In this document: piece by piece, positions 27,872 to 35,969 of the stretch
Layout of the letters: each line of letters opens with the position of its first letter
Numbering within the stretch: the first letter of the stretch is position 1
Assembly: GCA_958445905.1 (NCBI GenBank)
Contig: CAUCUH010000001.1
Coordinates: 1-44,834 of the forward strand
Source: an uncultured Streptococcus sp.
GTDB taxonomy: Bacteria; Bacillota; Bacilli; Lactobacillales; Streptococcaceae
DNA: 44,834 nt
Direction: 5' to 3'
The notes under the pieces: model-generated
What the model saw: only the letters and a program-made list of their open reading frames with translations
The model's database searches: none
What the model was told of the DNA's origin: nothing
Position numbers and translations under genes: made by a program

Positions 27872-27900
27872 ACTTTACCACGGATTTCCTTGCTTGTCAA
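27872..27900 (-). promoter_or_regulatory. Sigma-A promoter TTGACA-N17-TAAAGT with extended TG
   Basis: Read directly from the sequence. Confidence 0.75.
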
Positions 27901-27994
27901 CGCTTTTTTGAAAATTATTGAAAAAAGCAAAATTTTTAAGATGGACTCGCAAAAAAAGAAGCCTAGATCGTCTCTAAGCTTCTCTCTTCTGCTA

Positions 27995-28067
27995 TGCTAG
28001 TTGCCGGGATTGAACCGGCGACCTCATCCTTACCATGGATGCGCTCTACCGACTGAGCTAAACCAGC
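27995..28067 (-). tRNA. tRNA-Thr(GGT), CCA not encoded
   Basis: GCTGGTTTAGCTCAGTCGGTAGAGCG CATCC-AT-GGT-AA-GGATG AGGTC GCCGG-TTCAATC-CCGGC AACTAGCA folds as a cloverleaf. Confidence 0.97.
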
Positions 28068-28117
28068 AGTACCTATCTACTATATCATGGAGATAGGTCT
28101 TTTGTCAATATCCTGAC

Positions 28118-28686
28118 TCATTTTTCTGCCAAATATTCTTCCTTAGTGAGGACATAATGAACTCTCGTCACCATTCGCCCTTCTTCATGCAAGTCTAGCA
28201 TCGCGTAGGGCTCCTCGTGAGAATATTTCATCCCTGATTTGGCCATCACCCGTCCAGAAGCTGGGTTGTCCTGATCATGAACAGCAATGAGCTTGTTCAT
28301 CCTAACTCTTCAAAAGCCAGGCCAATGACTGCCTTGGTAGCCTCTGTCGCTAGTCCCTGGTTCCAATAATTTTTATTCAGAACATAGCCGATACTCCCCT
28401 TTTTCAGACAAAGATCTAAATTTAGTAAATCAATCGTCCCGATAAATTTTCCATTTTCTTTGAGCTCGATCCCCCATTTTCCAAGTGGGCTCGCTAGATA
28501 AAGAAGGGCAATGTTATTACGCGTTTCTTCCAGACTTTGATTGGTTGGAAACGTATAGCGCGTAACGGTTTCATCAGAAGCGTACTCAAACATAGCCGGT
28601 GCATCTTCAAGAGTGACCGGACGCAAGCGCAAACGCTCCGTCTCCACTTCACGATAAGCTGCTAACTTCACATATAGATTTTCCAT
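28118..28686 (-). pseudogene. RimJ/RimL-type GNAT acetyltransferase, frameshifted at ~28300
   Basis: The ORFs 28297-28686 (...YWNQGLATEA...FEELG) and 28118-28300 (MNKLIAVHDQDNPASGRVMAKSGM) together form one GNAT if one base is restored. Confidence 0.8.
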
Positions 28687-28751
28687 TTGACTCTCCTTCT
28701 TTAGGGTTTAGTTTAGCAGATAACATAAAAGAAGGCAAGCTCAAATTTTTC

Positions 28752-28780
28752 TTGCATTTTCACCCACTTTTCTATACAAT
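28752..28780 (+). promoter_or_regulatory. ald promoter TTGCAT-N17-TACAAT
   Basis: Read directly from the sequence. Confidence 0.6.
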
Positions 28781-28888
28781 AAAATCAATTAAAACAATCG
28801 GATAAGGAGTAAAAAGGTCATTGAGTCAAGAGAGCCATCTCACACCAATGGCCTTTTTACACCTAAATCCAAGCAAGGAGAAATAATC

Positions 28889-30001
28889 ATGTTAATTGGT
28901 ATTCCAAAAGAAATTAAAAACAACGAAAATCGGGTCGGTTTGACACCTGCAGGCGTACAAAGCTTGGTGAAGAAAGGACATCAAGTGTTGGTGGAAACAA
29001 ATGCTGGACTTGGTTCTGGCTTTGTCGATGAAGATTACGCCAAACAAGGAGCGACTATTGTAGCAACTGCTGCAGAAGCTTGGGCCGCTGAGATGGTGGT
29101 CAAAGTCAAAGAACCTCTCGCTGAAGAATACGGCTTCCTTCGCGAAGACCTCTTGCTCTTCACTTACTTGCATATGGCTGCTGCTCCAGAATTAGCGGAC
29201 GCTATGGTCTCAGCTAAAACAACAGGGGTGGCCTACGAAACGGTGCGTGACCTTGATGGACAATTGCCTCTCTTGGTGCCAATGAGTGAGGTTGCTGGAC
29301 GGATGGCCGTGCAAATCGGTGCTCACTTCCTGACCAAACAAGAAGGTGGATCAGGCGTCCTCCTAGGTGGGGTGCCAGGTGTTCCCAAAGGGAAAGTCAC
29401 CATCATCGGAGGCGGGGTCGTTGGAACCCACGCAGCTCGGATCGCCCTTGGACTCGGTGCCCAAGTGACCATCTTAGATATCAGCGCCAAACGTCTGGCT
29501 GTTCTGGAAGATGTCTTTGGTCATCAAATCCAAACCCTTATGTCCAACCCATTTAACATTGAAGCCAGCGTCCGTGATGCTGATGTTGTCATCGGTGCTG
29601 TCTTGATTCCTGGTGCTAAAGCTCCTAAATTAGTGACAGACGATATGGTTAAACAAATGCGTCCCGGTTCAGTCATCGTCGATGTGGCCGTTGACCAAGG
29701 TGGGGTTATTGAAACAGCAGACCGTGTCACAACGCATACGGAGCCAGTTTACGAAAAACATGGCGTGCTCCATTATGCCGTTGCCAATATCCCAGGGGCT
29801 GTCGCACGTACCTCTACTATCGCCCTTACCAATGTGACCCTTCCTTATGTTGAATCCCTAGCTGACAATGGCTTCCACAAGGCAATTGCCCTCGACGAAG
29901 GCTTGCGCCAAGGTGTCACTACTTACCAAGGCCATATCACAAGCCAACCTGTTGCTACTGGTTTAGAGCGCGACTTCACACCAATTGATGAATTGGTTTA
30001 A
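28889..30001 (+). CDS. ald: Alanine dehydrogenase
   Basis: [28 protein letters not shown] and [13 protein letters not shown] motifs. Confidence 0.97.
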   Translation: MLIGIPKEIKNNENRVGLTPAGVQSLVKKGHQVLVETNAGLGSGFVDEDYAKQGATIVATAAEAWAAEMVVKVKEPLAEEYGFLREDLLLFTYLHMAAAPELADAMVSAKTTGVAYETVRDLDGQLPLLVPMSEVAGRMAVQIGAHFLTKQEGGSGVLLGGVPGVPKGKVTIIGGGVVGTHAARIALGLGAQVTILDISAKRLAVLEDVFGHQIQTLMSNPFNIEASVRDADVVIGAVLIPGAKAPKLVTDDMVKQMRPGSVIVDVAVDQGGVIETADRVTTHTEPVYEKHGVLHYAVANIPGAVARTSTIALTNVTLPYVESLADNGFHKAIALDEGLRQGVTTYQGHITSQPVATGLERDFTPIDELV

Positions 30002-30119
30002 ACTATCATATATTTAAAGAATTATCATCGAAAAACATTAGCAACTTATTTTTCATATGAACTAATTAAAACTGTTTTGGAAAAAACAAGTTGTTTTGAG
30101 TTTTTTAAATCATTTTCAG

Positions 30120-30279
30120 AGTCTTTCCGCCGTGAGAAAAGTGCTTGAAACAATTTAGTTTCAAGCACTCGGAATAATTGAGACCTTAGGCTCTATTATT
30201 AGTCATGGAACTTCTTGGATTGCTGAAATCATCCACTGGATAATTTCACCTAACCTCCGTTCTCACCTAAGGAAAGGCT
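30120..30279 (+). repeat. Family 2 structured repeat, divergent copy B with a swapped internal hairpin
   Basis: Same frame as 13229-13364, with compensatory changes and an inserted GAAATCATCCACTGGATAATTTC hairpin. Confidence 0.85.
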
Positions 30280-30336
30280 AGGAGATGATTTCATCGTCAA
30301 TTTAAGGCAAAGATCCGATGATCTTTGCCTTTTCTT

Positions 30337-31329
30337 TTATTCATCTTCCACATCCGATTCTTCTTTGAGGACCGGATTCGGAATAGGCTCGTAAGCCCGG
30401 ATAATTTCTGCTACTACTGGATGGCGAACGACATCCTTGGCAGAGAAATGCACAAAGTCAATTTGAGAAATGTTCTTCAATTTCTCCTGAGCATCAATCA
30501 AGCCGGATTTGACATTTCGAGGAAGGTCAATCTGGCTAGTATCTCCATTGACAATCATCTTAGAGTTAAAACCAAGACGGGTCAAAAACATCTTCATCTG
30601 CATGATGGTGGTGTTTTGCGCTTCATCGAGGATGACAAAGGCATCGTCCAAGGTCCGCCCCCGCATATAAGCCAAAGGCGCTATCTCGATAATCTCCCGC
30701 TCCATCATCCGAGTGGTTTGGTCTTTCCCTAAAATTTGATAAAGAGCATCATAGACCGGACGTAGATAAGGGTCTACTTTTTCTTTGAGATCTCCTGGAA
30801 GGAAACCAAGGCTCTCTCCAGCTTCAACAGCAGGACGCGTCAAAATGATCCGCTTGACTTGACCACGCTTGAGGGCAGTCACAGCCAAGGTCACTGCTAG
30901 GAAGGTTTTCCCAGTCCCCGCTGGTCCAATCCCAAAAGTGACATCATGATTCTTGACACTATCCACATAGATCTTTTGACCAAGCGTTTTAACTCGAATG
31001 GGCTTACCGTAACTATCCTTGATAATCTCTTCTTCATAGAGAGCGATGAACTTATCCAATTCACCATTTCTCACCATGGTAATGGCGGTCACCACATCCG
31101 GCGTTCCAATGGTCATGCCACGGTTGACGAGGACCAAAAGAGCCTGGATGACTTGACGAACCTGCTCGCAGCTTTCTTCTTCCCCAATGATTTGGACGAT
31201 TTCTGTCCGGGCGTGAATAGTTACCCCAAATTCTTGCTCCATCAAACGAAGATGGCGTTCGTTAGATCCAAACAAATGAAAGAGATCGTCTGGATGCGTT
31301 AATGTAATTTCAACTGAATGTTCTTGCAA
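30337..31329 (-). CDS. phoH: PhoH family ATPase
   Basis: GPAGTGKT, RPAVEAGESLGFLPG, YMRGRT and LDEAQN motifs. Confidence 0.95.
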   Translation of the reverse strand: MQEHSVEITLTHPDDLFHLFGSNERHLRLMEQEFGVTIHARTEIVQIIGEEESCEQVRQVIQALLVLVNRGMTIGTPDVVTAITMVRNGELDKFIALYEEEIIKDSYGKPIRVKTLGQKIYVDSVKNHDVTFGIGPAGTGKTFLAVTLAVTALKRGQVKRIILTRPAVEAGESLGFLPGDLKEKVDPYLRPVYDALYQILGKDQTTRMMEREIIEIAPLAYMRGRTLDDAFVILDEAQNTTIMQMKMFLTRLGFNSKMIVNGDTSQIDLPRNVKSGLIDAQEKLKNISQIDFVHFSAKDVVRHPVVAEIIRAYEPIPNPVLKEESDVEDE

Positions 31330-31408
31330 ATAAAGAACCTCTCTACCTGTATTTTTCTATTATTATAACAAAGAGGCCGAGAAAAAACCATCCTCGACCT
31401 ATCCTTCT

Positions 31409-31624
31409 CTAGTGGGCTTGGTATTCTTCCCAAATCGCATCAAAATCGCCAAGATTAAAGGAAAAGCTCGCATGCTCTTCTAGATAGCGACTGACCTCGT
31501 CAAAGTCATCTGTATGCTTGGGAAAAGCAGACTCGTGAAAAGCAAGATCTGCTAGAATGGCCTTAGGAGCATTGCTTTTAGGATTACGCTCCGTCATCAA
31601 CCAAGTATAAAACGATTTTCGCAT
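31409..31624 (-). CDS. YozE family protein
   Basis: [11 protein letters not shown]...[17 protein letters not shown]. Confidence 0.88.
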   Translation of the reverse strand: MRKSFYTWLMTERNPKSNAPKAILADLAFHESAFPKHTDDFDEVSRYLEEHASFSFNLGDFDAIWEEYQAH

Positions 31625-31634
31625 AAGCCTCCTC

Positions 31635-32489
31635 TTAGATTAACTCTGTTCCAAACTGGTCCTGCTTGATTTTTTTGGCCTTCATCAAGCCACCCAAGGC
31701 CTTTTTGAACTGGCCTTTTGAAATCCCAAAAGTTGCCTTGATCTCTTCTGGAGATGATTTATCATTCAAGGTCATAAAGCCACCATTGGCTTCCAAATAG
31801 GTCAAAATCATTTGGGCATCGTTTTCCAACATCTCAAAGGAGCGTGGCTTCAAAGATAGGTTCAAGGTCCGGTCCACCTCACGAAAACCAATAACGCGAG
31901 CATTTAAGACCTCTCCCAAACGAGGTTCTGCATAGCGCTCACTTGGGTGGATAAAGCCCAGCATATTATTCTCTGGAAGGTAAACAAAGGTTCCAGACAA
32001 TTTCAAGCGGTAGACAATGGCTGGCCAGTTTTGGTTTTGCATATTGTTGTAGGCTGGACGAGCCAAACGCTGGAAATCTTCCTGGTAGGCTAAGATCCCC
32101 CAAATCCGATCTTTCTTATCGACTTCTAAACGAATATAGAGACGATCGCCCTTTTTAGGCCATAGATCTTTGATCTCCGGTAGGATATCTAGTGAGACAA
32201 CAATCTGCTTATCTGGAAGCCCTGTATCCACGAAGACTCCCAAATCCTTGCGCACTTCCGTGACCGTTCCCCAGCCAAAGCTTTCTTGAGTTGCAGTGAC
32301 TTCAAGTGTCGTGAGTCGTAGTTTTTGCTTCATATCTGTATAGGCAAAGCCCTTGACACTTTCTCCGACTTGGTGTGGGCCTTCTGCTTTATCAAGCGCG
32401 TAGGTTTGGCCATCTTTTTGAACAAAATAGAAGTGATCATTTTCATCGATGACCATTCCCATGATGTAGCTTGCTAGATTCGTATTCAT
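31635..32489 (-). CDS. cvfB: CvfB family S1 RNA-binding protein
   Basis: S1 repeats, [12 protein letters not shown] and [17 protein letters not shown]; located downstream of frr. Confidence 0.88.
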   Translation of the reverse strand: MNTNLASYIMGMVIDENDHFYFVQKDGQTYALDKAEGPHQVGESVKGFAYTDMKQKLRLTTLEVTATQESFGWGTVTEVRKDLGVFVDTGLPDKQIVVSLDILPEIKDLWPKKGDRLYIRLEVDKKDRIWGILAYQEDFQRLARPAYNNMQNQNWPAIVYRLKLSGTFVYLPENNMLGFIHPSERYAEPRLGEVLNARVIGFREVDRTLNLSLKPRSFEMLENDAQMILTYLEANGGFMTLNDKSSPEEIKATFGISKGQFKKALGGLMKAKKIKQDQFGTELI

Positions 32490-32588
32490 GTTTCCTTCTT
32501 TCCTCTTGCCTCTTCACAAGAATAATGGAAATAAAACCCAGCCAGCAGTGCCAACTGAGTCTATCTTTCCTGTAATGGTTGGGATGGA

Positions 32589-33146
32589 TTAAACTTCCAT
32601 CAATTCTTTTTCTTTGTGAGCTGTCATTTCATCTACATGCTTAACAGCGTCATCCGTAACTTTTTGAATCTCTTTTTCAAGACCTTTCAATTCATCTTCT
32701 GTGATTTCTTTTGCTTTTTCTTGTTTCTTCGCTTCATCCATAGCATCACGACGAATGTTACGGATCGCTACTTTAGCATTTTCACCCACTTTTTTCACTT
32801 CTTTTGCTAAGTCACGACGAGTTTCTTCTGTCAAAGCTGGGATAACCAAGCGGATAACAGATCCATCGTTGGCTGGAGTGATGCCAAGGTCAGAAGCATT
32901 GATGCTGTGCTCGATGTCTTTCAAAGATGATTTATCAAATGGAGTGATCAACAAGACACGCGCTTCTGGAATGGTGATAGATGCCAATTGGTTCAATGGT
33001 GTCTCTACTCCGTAGTATTCTACGAAAATACGATCCAAAAGACTTGCGTTTGCACGTCCAGCACGGATGCTACCAAATTCACGTCCCAAACTTTGGTGAG
33101 ACTGAGTCATTCTTTCTTTTGCTTTTTCTACGATTGGGTTTGCCAT
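32589..33146 (-). CDS. frr: Ribosome recycling factor
   Basis: [21 protein letters not shown] and IRNIRRDA motifs. Confidence 0.98.
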   Translation of the reverse strand: MANPIVEKAKERMTQSHQSLGREFGSIRAGRANASLLDRIFVEYYGVETPLNQLASITIPEARVLLITPFDKSSLKDIEHSINASDLGITPANDGSVIRLVIPALTEETRRDLAKEVKKVGENAKVAIRNIRRDAMDEAKKQEKAKEITEDELKGLEKEIQKVTDDAVKHVDEMTAHKEKELMEV

Positions 33147-33165
33147 AATCTTCCTCTATTTTCTA

Positions 33166-33897
33166 TTATTTTTCTACGTTATTTGATACGGTTGTACCGA
33201 TATTTTCACCAAAGACAACGCGTTTGATATTGCCTGGTTCATTCATATTAAAGACAACCAAGTCAATGTCGTTGTCCATGGAGAGAGTAGAGGCTGTTGA
33301 GTCCATGATGCGAAGACCTTTGTTGATCACATCACGGTGAGTCAATTCCTCAAATTTCACAGCTGAAGCATCTTTTTTCGGATCGGCATTGTAAACACCA
33401 TCGACCCCATTTTTAGCCATGAGAATGGCATCTGCTTCAATCTCAGCTGCACGAAGGGCTGCGGTTGTATCTGTTGAGAAGTAAGGAGAACCGATCCCCG
33501 CACCAAAGATCACGATCCGATCTTTTTCGAGGTGACGAAGGGCACGACCACGGATATAAGGTTCTGCGACTTGTTGCATGGCAATCGCTGTTTGAACACG
33601 GGTATCCACGCCAACTTGTTGAAGCGAATCAGCCATCACAAGAGCGTTCATGACAGTACCGAGCATACCTGTGTAGTCTGCTTGGACACGATCCATCCCT
33701 GCTTCAGCAGCAGGTTCTCCACGCCAAAGGTTTCCCCCTCCAATCACCAAGGCAATTTCAATTCCAAGTTCATGAACTTCCTTGATTTCTTGGGCCATAT
33801 TTTGGACAGTTTTGATATCGATTCCGACACCACGTTCGCCGGCAAGAGCCTCACCAGATAGCTTGATTAAGATACGTTTATACTTAGGTTCTACCAT
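33166..33897 (-). CDS. pyrH: UMP kinase
   Basis: [15 protein letters not shown] and PYFSTDT motifs. Confidence 0.98.
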   Translation of the reverse strand: MVEPKYKRILIKLSGEALAGERGVGIDIKTVQNMAQEIKEVHELGIEIALVIGGGNLWRGEPAAEAGMDRVQADYTGMLGTVMNALVMADSLQQVGVDTRVQTAIAMQQVAEPYIRGRALRHLEKDRIVIFGAGIGSPYFSTDTTAALRAAEIEADAILMAKNGVDGVYNADPKKDASAVKFEELTHRDVINKGLRIMDSTASTLSMDNDIDLVVFNMNEPGNIKRVVFGENIGTTVSNNVEK

Positions 33898-34025
33898 TTT
33901 CTCTCTCCTTTTTTGATCTGTATTATTTTACCATAAATTACGCTTTTTATATAGTCATATCCATCAAAATTTTCTTTTTTCCATCCGATTAGTTTTACCA
34001 ACTGTAGCAAATAAAAATGGAGTAC

Positions 34026-34051
34026 AAAAAAAGCTACCCGAAGGCAGCTTT
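34026..34051 (-). terminator. rplK-rplA terminator
   Basis: AAAAGCTGCC-TTCG-GGTAGCTTTTTTT on the minus strand. Confidence 0.85.
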
Positions 34052-34060
34052 TCATTTCAA

Positions 34061-34750
34061 TTAAAGTGAGTTAACATCCACTTTGATACCAGGACCTTGA
34101 GTTGTAGTCAAAGTCAAGCTAGTTACGTAAGTACCTTTAGCTGTAGCTGGTTTTGCTTTTTGGATTGTGTCGTTGAAAGCTTTAAAGTTTTCAACCAATT
34201 TAGTATCATCGAATGAAACTTTACCGATGATCGCTTGAACGATACCTGCTTTATCAGCACGGTAAGTGATTTTACCACCTTTAGACTCTTCAACTGCTTT
34301 CGCAACATCCATTGTTACTGTACCAGTTTTAGGGTTTGGCATCAAGTTACGTGGTCCAAGGACACGTCCAAGACGTCCAACAAGAGCCATCATGTCAGGT
34401 GTAGCGATAACTACGTCGAAGTCCAACCAACCATCGTTGATTTTCGCAACAAGGTCATCTTCACCTACGAAGTCTGCACCAGCAGCTTTTGCTTCTTCAG
34501 CTTTTGCACCACGTGCAAATACAAGTACGCGAGCTGTTTTACCAGTTCCGTTTGGCAATACCATTGCACCACGGATTTGTTGGTCAGCTTTTTTCACGTC
34601 GATGTTCAAGTTGTAAGCAACTTCTACAGTTGCGTCAAATTTTGCAAAGTTAGTTTCTTTTGCAAGAGCTACAGCTTCTTCTACGCTGTAGACTTTTGTG
34701 CTGTCGATTTTTTCAAGAGCAGCACGAAGTTGTTTGCTTTTTTTAGCCAT
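34061..34750 (-). CDS. rplA: 50S ribosomal protein L1
   Basis: [15 protein letters not shown] motif. Confidence 0.99.
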   Translation of the reverse strand: MAKKSKQLRAALEKIDSTKVYSVEEAVALAKETNFAKFDATVEVAYNLNIDVKKADQQIRGAMVLPNGTGKTARVLVFARGAKAEEAKAAGADFVGEDDLVAKINDGWLDFDVVIATPDMMALVGRLGRVLGPRNLMPNPKTGTVTMDVAKAVEESKGGKITYRADKAGIVQAIIGKVSFDDTKLVENFKAFNDTIQKAKPATAKGTYVTSLTLTTTQGPGIKVDVNSL

Positions 34751-34768
34751 TTTATCTTTCTCCTTGTA

Positions 34769-34799
34769 ATGTGGTCATATCGATTTTCATCTCCCACGT
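34769..34799 (-). promoter_or_regulatory. L1-binding autoregulatory RNA site upstream of rplA
   Basis: ACGTGGGAGATG...ATGACCACAT next to the RBS. Confidence 0.75.
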
Positions 34800-34847
34800 C
34801 ACTCGTCATTTGATCAAGTGTATTGCGGGCAAATAGGATTGTTACAA

Positions 34848-35273
34848 TTAGTCAGTAACAGTGAATCCCATAGAACGAGCAGTACCTTCGATCATACGCA
34901 TTGCAGACTCAATGTTTGCAGCGTTCAAATCTGGCATCTTAGTTTCAGCGATTTGTTGTACTTGTGCACGAGTTACAGTTGCAACTTTCGTTTTGTTCGG
35001 TGTACCTGAACCTTTTTCAACACCTGCAGCTTTTTTCAAAAGAACAGCAGCTGGTGGTGTTTTTGTAACGAAATCGAATGATTTGTCTTCATAAACAGTG
35101 ATAACAACTGGGATGATCATACCAGCTTGATCAGCTGTACGAGCGTTAAACTCTTTGGTGAAACCCATGATGTTGATACCTGCTTGACCAAGCGCTGGAC
35201 CAACCGGTGGAGCTGGAGTAGCTTTACCAGCAGGGATTTGCAATTTTACAAGTTTTTCGACTTTTTTAGCCAT
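34848..35273 (-). CDS. rplK: 50S ribosomal protein L11
   Basis: [16 protein letters not shown] and GTARSMG motifs. Confidence 0.99.
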   Translation of the reverse strand: MAKKVEKLVKLQIPAGKATPAPPVGPALGQAGINIMGFTKEFNARTADQAGMIIPVVITVYEDKSFDFVTKTPPAAVLLKKAAGVEKGSGTPNKTKVATVTRAQVQQIAETKMPDLNAANIESAMRMIEGTARSMGFTVTD

Positions 35274-35288
35274 TTCTTAAATCCTCCT

Positions 35289-35329
35289 TTGTGGTTTTTG
35301 CGGTAATTACAGATTTTTACCTCCCACAA
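35289..35329 (-). promoter_or_regulatory. L1-binding-like RNA site upstream of rplK
   Basis: TTGTGGGAGGTAA...TTACCGCAAAAACCACAA next to the RBS AGGAGG. Confidence 0.7.
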
Positions 35330-35433
35330 GTATGCTTTGTGCATACCTTTCTATTATACACGATTTCTCTTTTTTTGCAAGAAAAAATTAAAATATAGTA
35401 AACTTTTTTTTCGTTTTATGATAGAATGAAGCT

Positions 35434-35778
35434 ATGTTAATCAAAGTTGCTTCTGTATTATTTATTTTTTTAACGCTGATTCTGAGTGGCATCATTGTTC
35501 ACTTCTTTAAACTCCAAAAAAGAGGATGGCGATCTACCGATATTGCCTTTCCTTTATTTGCCTTGGAGTACTACCTGATTTCAGACAGTGCCTTTTACCA
35601 CAGCCTCTTACCACTATTAGCCTTGAGCCTTTCGCTTTTGGCCTTGGGGCTAACGGTTTATTTCTTAAAAAAGAAAAAGTGTTTTTATTATCCTAAATTT
35701 ATCAAATACTTCTGGCGCGCTGGATTTCTGGTCACCTTCTTGCTCTATCTGATCTTAACCGTTAGTTTGTTTATCTAA
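35434..35778 (+). CDS. Small membrane protein (DUF3397-like)
   Basis: Four hydrophobic segments and KFIKYFWRAGF; divergent from rplK as in other streptococci. Confidence 0.75.
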   Translation: MLIKVASVLFIFLTLILSGIIVHFFKLQKRGWRSTDIAFPLFALEYYLISDSAFYHSLLPLLALSLSLLALGLTVYFLKKKKCFYYPKFIKYFWRAGFLVTFLLYLILTVSLFI

Positions 35779-35787
35779 TACTGAAAA

Positions 35788-35962
35788 GAGGCTGGGACAA
35801 AAGTCCTAGCCTCTCAATTGTTTTTGGATTGTCGAGCAAGACGCAGTGGTTGAGTGGGCTCTACTACGCTGATTTCATCAGCTTTTACAGCCCTACTCAA
35901 CTGTGCGGAGGTGGGACGACGAAATCGAATTCTAACGAATTACCGATTTCTGTCCCACTCTC
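35788..35962 (+). repeat. 175-bp MITE-like repeat, family 1 copy 3
   Basis: Near-identical to 5262-5436; lies between convergent genes. Confidence 0.92.
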
Positions 35963-35969
35963 TTTTTTT

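Noticed and set aside
27995..28067. tRNA-Thr as an integration site for an island carrying the ABC exporter
   Set aside because: No integrase and no duplicated tRNA 3' end were seen in the window.
34235..34813. Long antisense ORFs (for example 192 aa opposite rplA, 16234-16842 opposite smpB, several opposite ftsK)
   Set aside because: They shadow well-conserved genes and are explained by codon bias; no independent RBS or motifs.
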